Positions 9,332 through 19,272 of a stretch of 64,000 bases of DNA are shown piece after piece. How positions within the stretch are numbered: the first letter of the stretch is position 1; each line of letters begins with the position of its first letter. This DNA comes from Candidatus Omnitrophota bacterium (GTDB taxonomy: Bacteria > Omnitrophota > Gorgyraeia > JABMRN01 > RBG-13-46-9), in assembly GCA_013203315.1 (NCBI GenBank), contig JABMQJ010000016.1, positions 1 to 64,000 of the forward strand, given 5' to 3'. A model generated the notes under the pieces. It was not told the DNA's origin and ran no database searches. It worked only from the letters and a program-made list of their open reading frames with translations. A program made the translations under genes and the position numbers.

Positions 9332-10612
9332 ATGGATAAAACAATAAAGCCAATAGAGCATTTGCGCGGAGAGATAGCGCTCCCCGGCGATAAATCCATA
9401 TCGCATAGAACTGTTTTTATCGGGAGCATTTCAAAAGGAAAGACCACTGCGAAAAACTTCCTGCAAGCCGAGGATTGCCTTCATACTGTTTCTGCTTTTC
9501 GCGCGATGGGGATAGACATAGACATTCGTGATAAAAGTGTTTCGATCTGGGGCGGCGGACTAAAAGGGCTAAAAAAGCCCGAAAAAAAACTCTATCTCGG
9601 AAATTCCGGAACCACGATGCGAATTCTTCCCGGGATTCTGGCAGGCCAGGATTTTAAGGTAGAGTTAACCGGCGATGCCTCGCTTTCAAAAAGGCCGATG
9701 GATAGAATTATTGCGCCCTTACGGGAAATGGGCGTTGATATACACTCGCAAAATAAGGATGGTTGTCCGCCGCTTACGGTTACCGGCGGCCGAGTGAGAA
9801 CAATAGAACACTCTACTCGGGTTGCCAGCGCCCAGGTTAAATCATGTATTCTATTCGCCGGATTAAATGCAGACGGAGTTACAAGCGTGACAGAACCCTT
9901 TATGTCGCGGGATCACACAGAACGCATGCTGGAATTTGCGGGTGCGAAGATTTCAAGAAAAAATCTGACAGTTTCAGTAAAGGGAAAGTGCTCGCTTCAA
10001 GGTAAAGAATTTATCGTTCCCGGAGACCCCTCGGGCGCAGCATTCTTCATTGCCGGCGCGACTTTATTGGAAGGATCTGACATAACGTTAAGAGGCGTTG
10101 GTTTAAATCCTACGAGAACAGGTTTTCTTACGGCACTTCAAAAAATGGGAGCCGATATTACTATCTTAAACAAAAAAGAAGCAGCTGAGCCATACGGCGA
10201 TATCCGCGTGAGATCCGCGCCGCTAAAAGCGTTAACTATAGAAAAAAAAGATGTGCCTTTTTTAATTGATGAAGTTCCGATACTTGCGGTTCTGGCAACA
10301 CAGGCAAAGGGCACGACCGTCATAAAGGGCATCGGCGAATTGCGCGTTAAAGAAACTGACAGAATTTTTTCGATAACGGAAAATCTAAGACTTATGAATG
10401 CGGACATAAGCTCGGAGGGCGATACCCTCGTAATAAACGGGCGAAGAAAAAGATTCGCAAAAGCGACTTTAAATAGTTTTAAAGATCACAGGACTGCCAT
10501 GAGCATGGCCGTGGCGTCACTCTCCGCAGACGGTGATTGCAAGATAAAAGATACGGCTTGCGTAAATACGTCGTTTCCGGGATTTTTCGATCTTCTCGAG
10601 TATTTACAATAG
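9332..10612 (+). CDS. aroA: 3-phosphoshikimate 1-carboxyvinyltransferase (class II EPSPS)
   Basis: PGDKSISHR, LGNSGTT, SAQVKS, RDHTE, ELRVKETDRI, DHR. Confidence 0.96.
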   Translation: MDKTIKPIEHLRGEIALPGDKSISHRTVFIGSISKGKTTAKNFLQAEDCLHTVSAFRAMGIDIDIRDKSVSIWGGGLKGLKKPEKKLYLGNSGTTMRILPGILAGQDFKVELTGDASLSKRPMDRIIAPLREMGVDIHSQNKDGCPPLTVTGGRVRTIEHSTRVASAQVKSCILFAGLNADGVTSVTEPFMSRDHTERMLEFAGAKISRKNLTVSVKGKCSLQGKEFIVPGDPSGAAFFIAGATLLEGSDITLRGVGLNPTRTGFLTALQKMGADITILNKKEAAEPYGDIRVRSAPLKALTIEKKDVPFLIDEVPILAVLATQAKGTTVIKGIGELRVKETDRIFSITENLRLMNADISSEGDTLVINGRRKRFAKATLNSFKDHRTAMSMAVASLSADGDCKIKDTACVNTSFPGFFDLLEYLQ

Positions 10613-10633
10613 AAAGAGTTCTGAAAAAATAGT

Positions 10634-10662
10634 TTGACAAACAGGGGATGCTTTGTTAATAT
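10634..10662 (+). promoter_or_regulatory. Sigma70-type promoter for the mre operon
   Basis: TTGACA (10634-10639), 17 bp spacer, TG-n-TAATAT (10657-10662). Confidence 0.7.
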
Positions 10663-10691
10663 TATGAAATAATAGAGGGGGCAATCCGGCT

Positions 10692-11771
10692 GTGAATTTA
10701 GACATTAATAAAATTAAAGAGTTAGCATATAAAGGGTTCAATAATTTATTGGGCCTTTTTTCTAATGACATGGGCATAGATCTCGGAACTGCCAATACTT
10801 TGGTTTATGTAAAAAACCAGGGAATCGTTCTTTGCGAGCCTTCTGTTGTTGCGGTTCAAGCAGGAAGCTCAAACGTGCTGGCGGTTGGCGAAGAAGCAAA
10901 AAGAATGCTTGGCAGAACTCCCGGGACCATCGTTGCCATAAGGCCCATGCGAAACGGAGTAATCGCGGATTTTGAAATTACCGAAGCAATGCTCCGGTAC
11001 TTCATAAAAAAAGTTCATAATTCCCGCAGACTTGTGCGCCCTAGAATGGTTATAGCTATTCCTTCCGGTATTACTGAGGTTGAAAAAAGAGCCGTTAAAG
11101 ATTCCGCTTTGCACGCCGGTGCGCGCGAAGTTTTCATGGTGGAAGAGCCGATCGCGGCAGCCATAGGAGTGGGGCTACCGATTCATGAACCATCCGGTAG
11201 CATGATAATTGATATTGGCGGAGGCACTACGGAGATGGCAGTTATATCGCTGGCAGGCGTAGTATTTTCCAAGTCGATACGCATAGCCGGCGATGAGATG
11301 GACGAATCTATTATAAATTATCTAAAAAAGACGTATAATCTGATGATAGGGGAGCGCACAGCCGAGGAAATAAAATTAAAGATAGGATCGGCTTACCCAC
11401 TAGATGAAGAGCTAACGATGGAAGTAAGGGGCCGAGACCTTGTTGCGGGCCTACCAAAAATGATCACTGTTTCCTCAGAAGAGATAAGAGAGTCACTAGC
11501 CGAACCCATTGCGCAAATCGTCGAAGCCATCCGGATAACGCTGGAGAGAACCCCGCCTGAGCTTTCGGCGGATCTCATGGAAAAAGGACTCATATTAGCT
11601 GGAGGTGGGTCACTTTTGAGGGGGTTGGATAAACTCATTGCCGAAGAAACCGGCTTACCCGTTCATATCGCTGAAGATCCTTTAACGGCCGTTGCCTTGG
11701 GTACCGGCAGGGTCTTGAGCGAGATCAAGTATCTAAAAAGACTTGCAGTAACCCCTAAAGTCGAAAGATAA
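10692..11771 (+). CDS. mreB: Rod shape-determining protein MreB
   Basis: [33 protein letters not shown]; amphipathic N-terminal extension. Confidence 0.97.
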   Translation: MNLDINKIKELAYKGFNNLLGLFSNDMGIDLGTANTLVYVKNQGIVLCEPSVVAVQAGSSNVLAVGEEAKRMLGRTPGTIVAIRPMRNGVIADFEITEAMLRYFIKKVHNSRRLVRPRMVIAIPSGITEVEKRAVKDSALHAGAREVFMVEEPIAAAIGVGLPIHEPSGSMIIDIGGGTTEMAVISLAGVVFSKSIRIAGDEMDESIINYLKKTYNLMIGERTAEEIKLKIGSAYPLDEELTMEVRGRDLVAGLPKMITVSSEEIRESLAEPIAQIVEAIRITLERTPPELSADLMEKGLILAGGGSLLRGLDKLIAEETGLPVHIAEDPLTAVALGTGRVLSEIKYLKRLAVTPKVER

Positions 11772-11785
11772 CCCAATCTTTCAAG

Positions 11786-12577
11786 TTGCAAATTTATAGG
11801 ATAAGAAAATTTCCCGCAAAACTCTCTATCTTCATAATTGTTCTCCTTATCATTGTCTTCAATCCAAGGATACGCACAGGCGTTAAAAATTTTGCCTTCG
11901 AAATTCTAATCAAACCCTTCAAGGTAACCTCGGGCATTAAAACGTATTTTACCCGCACAAAAAGCCTTTCGGAAGAAATTTTATCATTAAAGCAACGCGT
12001 GGGCGCGCTTTCGGTGGAGTTGGCAAGAATGAAAGAAGTATCGCTTGAAAGCGAGAGGCTACGAGAACTCCTCAAATTCAAAAAAAGCTTGCAATATAGA
12101 ACAATAGTCGCTAAAGTTATTGCGCGTGATGCGACAGATTGGCGAAGCGCCATGATTATAAACAAAGGTAGGTCACGCGGTATCGCAGAACACATGCCAT
12201 GCGCTACGACAAAAGGGCTTATTGGTTCGGTGGCGGAGGTGGGCCCTGCTTCGAGTAAGGTTATGCTGATCACGGATCCTAATTCGAAAATCGGAGTTAT
12301 TCTCGAATCTTCACGGGAGAGCGGCGTTCTGGTAGGCTCCCCACAGGGGACATGTAAGGTTATATATCTTTCACTTGATGCGGATATGAAAAAAGGGGAG
12401 AAGGTTTTAACCGCGGGTTTTAGCGCATTTTTCCCTAAGGGCCTTGTGGTCGGTGAAGTTACCGAGGTAGGAATTGAAACACCGGGCCTTTATAAATATG
12501 CGATTGTTAATCCGGTTTGCGACATGGGTAAAATTGAAGAAGTCATATGTATCGAGGTAGGTAAAGGTGCAGAATAA
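11786..12577 (+). CDS. mreC: Rod shape-determining protein MreC
   Basis: TM segment, coiled coil, AKVIARD...INKGRSRG, FPKGLVVGEV; follows mreB. Confidence 0.92.
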   Translation: MQIYRIRKFPAKLSIFIIVLLIIVFNPRIRTGVKNFAFEILIKPFKVTSGIKTYFTRTKSLSEEILSLKQRVGALSVELARMKEVSLESERLRELLKFKKSLQYRTIVAKVIARDATDWRSAMIINKGRSRGIAEHMPCATTKGLIGSVAEVGPASSKVMLITDPNSKIGVILESSRESGVLVGSPQGTCKVIYLSLDADMKKGEKVLTAGFSAFFPKGLVVGEVTEVGIETPGLYKYAIVNPVCDMGKIEEVICIEVGKGAE

Positions 12578-13061
12578 TAGATTTGCCTTATACGCTTCGC
12601 TTGTGATGCTTTTGTTTATGGAACTTGCGGTATTTAGCAAGCTGAGAATTTTTGGCGTAAGACCCGAACTACTACTCGTTGCAACGGTATTTTTCGGATT
12701 CCATTTCGGAATAGCCCGCGGCATGGAGGTGGGCATGATTTCAGGGATTCTGAAAGATTTATTCAGCATGACCACTTTTGGCGTTAACGCATTTTCATTT
12801 TTACTTGTAGGGTTCTTAGCGGGCTTTCTTAAAGATAAATTATTCAAAGAGGATGTTATAACCCAATTCTTCCTTTCATGTGCCTCCGTCTATCTTATTT
12901 CCGGTATTTATTTTTTGTATCTGGATAAAATCATGGGTAACAATTTGAGCACCGTTTTCTGGAAACAGGGTGGCGTTAAGGCACTATACACGGGCTGCGT
13001 GGCACTGGTTTTATTTTTTACCCTTACGAAGATTTTCGGTTTTCCGAAAAAACAAAATTAG
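12567..13061 (+). CDS. mreD: Rod shape-determining protein MreD
   Basis: Hydrophobic 164 aa protein with GVRPELLL and GILKDLFS...FG; lies between mreC and mrdA. Confidence 0.88.
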   Translation: MQNNRFALYASLVMLLFMELAVFSKLRIFGVRPELLLVATVFFGFHFGIARGMEVGMISGILKDLFSMTTFGVNAFSFLLVGFLAGFLKDKLFKEDVITQFFLSCASVYLISGIYFLYLDKIMGNNLSTVFWKQGGVKALYTGCVALVLFFTLTKIFGFPKKQN

Positions 13062-14783
13062 ATGAGAACAAAAGTTTTCGCATTCATCGCCTTTTTCTTT
13101 TTCGGAATTCTTATTTTCGGGTTATTTTATACTCAGGCGCTGAAATACGAATACTATAAAGGGCTATCCGAAAGAAATAGAATTCGCGTCATACCGCTTG
13201 AGGCGCCGAGAGGAAAGATATACGATAGGTCCGGAAGGCTTCTGGTAAGCAACCGGATCGCGTTTGATGTCGAAGTTATTTTCCAGGAAATAAAAGACGA
13301 GAATAAAACGGTTGATTTATTAAGTGGGATACTTGCTATTGACAGGCGCGCGCTTGAAAAGAAAATTGACGCTGCCCGAAAACGTCCGTTTGCTCCGGCA
13401 AAAATAGCCAAGGACATAGAAAAAGAAAAGGCTATCCGCGTAGAAGAAATAAGCTTAGATCTGCCGGGCGTGATAGTTACCACAAGGCCCCTCCGTAATT
13501 ATCTGTACAAAAATTCTCTTTCCCACGTAACCGGTTACATCGGGAAGATAAGCGAGCCGGAACTGGCAAAATATAAAGTTTACGGATACCGCATGCAGGA
13601 TTTTGTCGGGAAAGACGGAATCGAACGCGCCTTTAACGATTACCTGAGAGGTGTTGACGGGGGGCTTCAAGTGGAAGTTGATTCAAGAGGCCGCCAGATA
13701 AACATTCTTGCGATAAAAGAAGCGCGGCAAGGCCGAAACCTTTACCTTACCATAGATATAGAACTTCAGGAGTTTTGTCACGAACTTTTGAAAGAAAAAA
13801 CAGGCGCAATCGTGGTAATGGACCCTTCTACGGGAGCAATTCTTGCCCTTGTGAGCCAACCGGATTTTGACCCAAACGCATTTGTGAGCCCGCAAAGATC
13901 CGGGGAGGTGTCGCGTCTTTTAAACGATTCCGGCTCGTTCCCGATGATAAACCGCGCCATAAGCGGCACATATCCGCCAGGTTCGGTTTTTAAAATTGCG
14001 GTTTTTGCCGCCGCCTTAGATACGGGAAAATTTAACGATACAAAAACTTTTTTCTGTGATGGGAGTCACCGGGTGGGTAACAGAGTTTTTCACTGTTGGA
14101 AAGAGGAAGGGCACGGAGCGCAGAATGTCAGAAACGGCATCAAAAATTCTTGCAATGTCTTTTTCTATCAATTAGGCTTATTTCTGGGTGTGGACGAAAT
14201 ATCAAAATATGCTTTTAAGATGGGGTTAGGCAGGCCCGCGGGCATAGATTTGCCGGGAGAAGTAAGCGGCTTGGTTCCGACTCCGTCTTGGAAAAGAAGG
14301 AAACTAAAACAGTCCTGGTTCAAGGGTGAAACGGCAAACTATGCGATAGGGCAGGGGTATCTTCTTGTTACGCCCCTGCAAATTGTGCGTTTCCTCGGAG
14401 CTATAGCAAGCGGCGGCAATCTTCCGCAACCTTATGTTGTTGAAAGGATAGAGGATATAAAGTCGCGCCGTACAGAGGCCGAAGATACAGGAATCAGGCA
14501 TAAAGTTCTGGAAGCTTTAAAGGTGGGGTTGGGAGACGTGATAAATGCCAAAGGCGGCACAGGCTATTACGCTAGATCAAAAGAAGTTATTATTGCCGGT
14601 AAAACAGGTACAGCACAGAATCCACACGGTGATTCACACGCATGGTTTGCGGGGTTTGCCCCTATTGATGATCCCAGAATTTGTGTCGTCGTATTTATCG
14701 AGCAAGGCGGAAAAGGCGGTTTGGCGCCGGCACGCTCCGCAAAAAAAATTATAGAAGAAACAAAAAAGCTGGGGCTCTTGTAG
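13062..14783 (+). CDS. mrdA: Penicillin-binding protein 2
   Basis: APRGKIYDRSG, PPGSVFK (SxxK), SCN (SxN), KTGTAQ. Confidence 0.95.
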   Translation: MRTKVFAFIAFFFFGILIFGLFYTQALKYEYYKGLSERNRIRVIPLEAPRGKIYDRSGRLLVSNRIAFDVEVIFQEIKDENKTVDLLSGILAIDRRALEKKIDAARKRPFAPAKIAKDIEKEKAIRVEEISLDLPGVIVTTRPLRNYLYKNSLSHVTGYIGKISEPELAKYKVYGYRMQDFVGKDGIERAFNDYLRGVDGGLQVEVDSRGRQINILAIKEARQGRNLYLTIDIELQEFCHELLKEKTGAIVVMDPSTGAILALVSQPDFDPNAFVSPQRSGEVSRLLNDSGSFPMINRAISGTYPPGSVFKIAVFAAALDTGKFNDTKTFFCDGSHRVGNRVFHCWKEEGHGAQNVRNGIKNSCNVFFYQLGLFLGVDEISKYAFKMGLGRPAGIDLPGEVSGLVPTPSWKRRKLKQSWFKGETANYAIGQGYLLVTPLQIVRFLGAIASGGNLPQPYVVERIEDIKSRRTEAEDTGIRHKVLEALKVGLGDVINAKGGTGYYARSKEVIIAGKTGTAQNPHGDSHAWFAGFAPIDDPRICVVVFIEQGGKGGLAPARSAKKIIEETKKLGLL

Positions 14784-15860
14784 ATGCATTTTAAAAATTT
14801 TGATAGAACGTTATTTTTTGCCACACTGGCGATTCTTCTCATAGGCCTTTTGACGCTTTATAGTGCTTCAAGAGAGTACCATTCTCAGGATATTGTTTTT
14901 CGCCAGGTATTCTGGATAATTTTTGGCATTGTGGTTTTATTCGCAATCTTGCGCGTGGATTATCAAAGGATTGCGAGCTTGTCTTACATATTTTACGGCG
15001 CAACACTACTTTTTCTTGTTATGGTTTTATTCTCCGGAAGAGCGAAGGGCGGCGCGCATCGCTGGATAAGCCTGGGCTTTTTCAACCTTCAACCCTCGGA
15101 GCTTGCAAAAATAACACTTATCTTGGCGCTTTCTTCATACGCAAGCGTTAGAAGAAGCGATGTTACCAAAATAAGTTTTTTTTGCAAAGCATTTCTGCTC
15201 GCTATCCCCGCATTTCTCCTAATTCTCATAGAACCCGATCTTGGCACGGCACTTTTGCTTATACCGGTAACGCTTGCAATGCTTTACATGGCCGGTGTGA
15301 ATGTTATGCATATTTTGGGCGTTATGCTTCTAGGCCTGGCGTCTTTTCCTGTTTTTTGGCATTTTCTGAAAGGGTACCAGCGGCAGAGGCTATTTGTTTT
15401 TATAAACCCTAATATTGACCCGCTCGGTTCGGGCTATACAATAATACAATCGAAGATCGCAGTCGGTTCAGGAGGGATCTTCGGTAAGGGATGGCTTGCG
15501 GGAACGCAGAATCAACTAAATTTTCTGCCGGAACGCCATACGGACTTTATTTTTTCGGTGGTAGGCGAGGAGTGGGGTTTCGTAGGCGCGCTTGTCCTTA
15601 TACTATTGTATGCATTGATCGTGTACAGGGGGATAAAAATTATCGAAACTACTCCCGACACATGCGGAAAATTAATTGCTACGGGCCTTGTAACGCTTTT
15701 CACCCTTCAGGTCCTGATTAACATCGGCATGACCATTGGTTTTTTGCCTGTAGTCGGACTTACCCTACCGCTTATAAGCTACGGAGGCTCAAGCCTCATA
15801 ACAACGCTTCTGTGTATCGGCCTATTGCTTAATATTGGTATGAGAAGGCCTCTATTCTAA
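14784..15860 (+). CDS. rodA: SEDS peptidoglycan glycosyltransferase RodA
   Basis: QPSELAK, EPDLGT, QSKIAVGSGG, LPERHTDFIF, ISYGGSS. Confidence 0.95.
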   Translation: MHFKNFDRTLFFATLAILLIGLLTLYSASREYHSQDIVFRQVFWIIFGIVVLFAILRVDYQRIASLSYIFYGATLLFLVMVLFSGRAKGGAHRWISLGFFNLQPSELAKITLILALSSYASVRRSDVTKISFFCKAFLLAIPAFLLILIEPDLGTALLLIPVTLAMLYMAGVNVMHILGVMLLGLASFPVFWHFLKGYQRQRLFVFINPNIDPLGSGYTIIQSKIAVGSGGIFGKGWLAGTQNQLNFLPERHTDFIFSVVGEEWGFVGALVLILLYALIVYRGIKIIETTPDTCGKLIATGLVTLFTLQVLINIGMTIGFLPVVGLTLPLISYGGSSLITTLLCIGLLLNIGMRRPLF

Positions 15861-15874
15861 ATTATATCATAATA

Positions 15875-15903
15875 TTGACAAAATAAGATATATAGAGTAT
15901 ACT
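15875..15903 (+). promoter_or_regulatory. Sigma70-type promoter for the pilT-pilB-pilC operon
   Basis: TTGACA (15875-15880), 17 bp spacer, TATACT (15898-15903). Confidence 0.8.
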
Positions 15904-15958
15904 TTTTAAGAATAGTTTGTTTTTTTGAAAGAGGCTTTAAAAATTTTTAGGGGGTAAA

Positions 15959-17044
15959 ATGGCGATAGATATCAAAAGTTTGCTGAAGATTATGTTGGAA
16001 AAAAATGCTTCGGACTTTCATGTCACCGCAAACACACCCATTCATTTGAGGATTGACGAAAACTTGCATGCGCTGAACAAAGAAATATTGAGCCCACAAG
16101 ACACAAAAGCAAGTGTGTACGCTATCCTAAATGACGATCAGATAAAGCAGTTCGAGAAAGACCTGGAGCTCGATTTTTCTTTTGAACTAAAAGATATTGC
16201 CAGGTTCAGGGTAAATATTTTTTACCAGAGGGGCGCTGTAGGTTGTGCGATAAGACTCATACCTTATGAAATAATGAATTTTGAGCAGTGCGGGTTGCCT
16301 GTAAAAACGACAACCAAACTTTGCAAAGTGCCAAAAGGCCTTGTGCTGATTACAGGAGCGACGGGAAGCGGCAAGTCCACCACTCTGGCGTCTATGGTGG
16401 ATTATATTAATAGCAATCGGCCTTGTCATATAATAACGATAGAGGATCCTATTGAATTTGTGCACAAAAATAGGAAAGCTATTGTGGACCAGCGTGAAGT
16501 ATATAAAGACACCCATTCATTCGGTGCCTCCTTGAAGCGCGTCTTGAGGCAGGACCCTGACGTCATACTAATCGGAGAAATGCGAGACCTGGAAACGATT
16601 GAAAGCGCCTTGATAATCGCCGAAACAGGGCACCTGGTTCTTGCTACCCTTCACACTTCTGATGCCGTGCAGACAATAAACAGGATAATAGACGTTTTTC
16701 CCGCGCACCAGCAACAGCAGATAAGAACACAGCTTTCATTTGTTCTTTCCGGGGTCCTCTCCCAGCAACTTATTCCGAAAGCAGGGAAGTCCGGCAGGGC
16801 CCTTGCTACCGAAGTTTTAATAGCAACACCTGCAATAAGAAGCTTGATTCGCGAGGGCAAGGTTCACCAGATATATTCAGTTATTCAAACTACGCAAAAA
16901 GAGGGCATGAAAACGATGAATCAGGCGTTAGCAGATCTTTGCGAAAGCGGTGCGGTATCGCTTGAAGCGTGCCAGGAAAAATCCACAAATATTGACGAGC
17001 TTTACAAATTAATTAAAAGTCCGGTAAAAGGAAAGGCGAGTTGA
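15959..17044 (+). CDS. pilT: Type IV pilus retraction ATPase
   Basis: ASDFH, GATGSGKST, TIEDPIE, LRQDPDVILIGEMRD, TLHT, AIRSLIRE. Confidence 0.95.
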   Translation: MAIDIKSLLKIMLEKNASDFHVTANTPIHLRIDENLHALNKEILSPQDTKASVYAILNDDQIKQFEKDLELDFSFELKDIARFRVNIFYQRGAVGCAIRLIPYEIMNFEQCGLPVKTTTKLCKVPKGLVLITGATGSGKSTTLASMVDYINSNRPCHIITIEDPIEFVHKNRKAIVDQREVYKDTHSFGASLKRVLRQDPDVILIGEMRDLETIESALIIAETGHLVLATLHTSDAVQTINRIIDVFPAHQQQQIRTQLSFVLSGVLSQQLIPKAGKSGRALATEVLIATPAIRSLIREGKVHQIYSVIQTTQKEGMKTMNQALADLCESGAVSLEACQEKSTNIDELYKLIKSPVKGKAS

Positions 17045-17047
17045 AAA

Positions 17048-17521
17048 ATGCTTCCGTTTAAACGTCTTGTAAAAAAACAACTGGGAGAATTACTGATAGA
17101 GCGCGGCGTTATTACCCGCTCGCAACTTGAAAAAGCACTCCAGATTCAAAAAGAAAAAGGCGGGCTCCTGGGCCAGATACTTGTTGTGTTGGGTTTCACA
17201 AAAGAAGAAGAAATAGCCCAGGCCCTCACCATTCAGTATGGTTTCCCATATCTGCCATTACAGAATTATGAATTAAACAAGGAAGTTGTCAAGCTCATAC
17301 CCGAAAGCGTGTCAAGACAGTATTGCTTGATAGCGGTAGACAAGATAGGCGATACGCTTACGGTGGCGATATCTAATCCGCTGAACACGAAAGCCATTGA
17401 GGATGTGGAGCTCCTTACTAAATGCAAGGTACAGGTTTTTGTGAGTACGCTGACGGATGTCGGTAAAGTCATCGAAAAGATATATGGAAAAGATAAAAAG
17501 CCGAAGGAGGCCGAGGGCTAA
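17048..17521 (+). CDS. Stand-alone MshEN / GspE N-terminal domain protein (no ATPase domain)
   Basis: QLGELLIERGVITRSQLEKALQIQ and LLGQILVVLGF tandem MshEN-like motifs, then a T2SSE_N-like region (IP...VAISNPLN); stops at 157 aa. Confidence 0.85.
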   Translation: MLPFKRLVKKQLGELLIERGVITRSQLEKALQIQKEKGGLLGQILVVLGFTKEEEIAQALTIQYGFPYLPLQNYELNKEVVKLIPESVSRQYCLIAVDKIGDTLTVAISNPLNTKAIEDVELLTKCKVQVFVSTLTDVGKVIEKIYGKDKKPKEAEG

Positions 17522-17529
17522 AACCAAAA

Positions 17530-19269
17530 ATGGCAGGCGACGCCTTATCCATAAGAGATCGGGTAATGAAAAGCCTCTGCGAGAAGAAACTTCTCGTTGA
17601 AAACGATATACGCAAGGCCCTTGAAATACAAAAAGAAAAAGGAGGCAAACTAAGCGATATATTGGTCGGGATGGGTATCGTGTCAAGAGGCGATCTTGTT
17701 TCGGCCATGAGCAAGGAACTCGGAATCCCGCCTATCGACCTTTCGCGTTATCAGGTTTCCCCGGAAGTAATAAAGCTTGTCTCTAAAAAAGTTGCCAGAA
17801 ACTACCGCGTTGTACCCATTTCGAAGATGGGAAATTTCCTCACGATAGCCATAGCCGATCCGCTTAACGTATTTACCACAGACGACATAGCTTCTTTTAC
17901 GGGTTGCAAAATCAGCGTTGTCATAGCAAGCGATAAAGATATTACTGAAGCGATTTCGCAATACTACGAAGCAGCGGCGCCGGAAGCCATAGAGCAAATT
18001 ATAGATGAGATGTCACCGCAGGCAGGTGGCATAGAGCTACTCTCAGATACGGAGGATACTCTATCCTCCGCGCAACTTGTGAAAATGATTCAAGAGGCAC
18101 CCGTTGTCAAGGTTGCGAATATGATACTTGCAGAAGGGGTAAGGGCCAGGGCGAGCGATATCCTGATTGAACCACAGGAAGCCTCACTACGAATAAGATA
18201 TAGAGTAGATGGTGTGTTGCACGAGGTCAAAGCCCCGCCGAAAAGAATTCACCCTGCGCTTATTTCAAGATTAAAAGTTATATCAAATTTAAATATTGCG
18301 GAGCGCCGGCTACCGCAGGACGGCCGTTTTAAAATAAAGATACAAGGCCGGGAAGTAGATTTTAGAATTTCTGTTTTACCATCAAGTAACGGCGAAAAAA
18401 TTGCACTTCGGATACTGGATAAGTTGCAGGCTACGTTAGACCTTGCCAAGCTAGGGTTCGATGAAGGATCTTTGGAGAATATAAAGAAAGCCGCTATGAG
18501 GCCTCACGGAATGATCCTTGCTTGCGGGCCTACCGGTTGCGGTAAGACGACGACGCTTTATTCCATACTGAATTATGTGGATTCACCGGAAAAAAATGTA
18601 ATTACCGCAGAAGACCCGGTAGAATATCAGTTGGAGGGCATAAATCAGCTAACCGTCAAACCGGATCTAAATCTTACGTTTGCCAGCAGTCTACGCTCAT
18701 TCCTTAGGCAAGATCCGGATGTTATAATGGTCGGTGAAATAAGGGATTTTGAAACCGTGGACATAGCGATTAAAGCGGCCTTAACAGGCCACCTTGTTCT
18801 TAGTACATTGCACACCACGACAGCGTCAGGATCAATAGTGCGCTTGGTTAACATGGGCGTGGAGCCTTTCCTTATTACCTCGAGCCTTGTTTTGGTTTCA
18901 TCGCAGAGGCTGATACGTAGAATTTGTGAAACCTGCAAAGAATCGTACAAGATTGACGAAGAAACCGCGAAGAAAATACAGCTAAAGTCCGGCGAAAAAA
19001 ATATCGCATACAGGGGAAAAGGATGCAAGGCTTGCCAGAACACGGGTTACAGGGGAAGGGAGGCCCTCATAGAAACTTTGGTGCTAACCCCAGAAATTCG
19101 AAGGTTAATACTTGAAAAAGCAGAAGAAAATAAAATACGCCGGGAAGCGCGCAGGGCAGGCATGAAAACATTAAGGGAAAACGGAATAAAAAAGATTATA
19201 AGCGGTATTACAACTATAGAAGATATTTTGCGCGTAACAGTAGGAGACCAGGACGTTCCGGTAAAGTAA
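17530..19269 (+). CDS. pilB: Type IV pilus assembly ATPase PilB/GspE, paralog 1
   Basis: ASDILIEP, RLPQDGR, GPTGCGKTT, LRQDPDVIMVGEIRD, CxxC...CxxC zinc motif. Confidence 0.92.
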   Translation: MAGDALSIRDRVMKSLCEKKLLVENDIRKALEIQKEKGGKLSDILVGMGIVSRGDLVSAMSKELGIPPIDLSRYQVSPEVIKLVSKKVARNYRVVPISKMGNFLTIAIADPLNVFTTDDIASFTGCKISVVIASDKDITEAISQYYEAAAPEAIEQIIDEMSPQAGGIELLSDTEDTLSSAQLVKMIQEAPVVKVANMILAEGVRARASDILIEPQEASLRIRYRVDGVLHEVKAPPKRIHPALISRLKVISNLNIAERRLPQDGRFKIKIQGREVDFRISVLPSSNGEKIALRILDKLQATLDLAKLGFDEGSLENIKKAAMRPHGMILACGPTGCGKTTTLYSILNYVDSPEKNVITAEDPVEYQLEGINQLTVKPDLNLTFASSLRSFLRQDPDVIMVGEIRDFETVDIAIKAALTGHLVLSTLHTTTASGSIVRLVNMGVEPFLITSSLVLVSSQRLIRRICETCKESYKIDEETAKKIQLKSGEKNIAYRGKGCKACQNTGYRGREALIETLVLTPEIRRLILEKAEENKIRREARRAGMKTLRENGIKKIISGITTIEDILRVTVGDQDVPVK

Positions 19270-19272
19270 AAA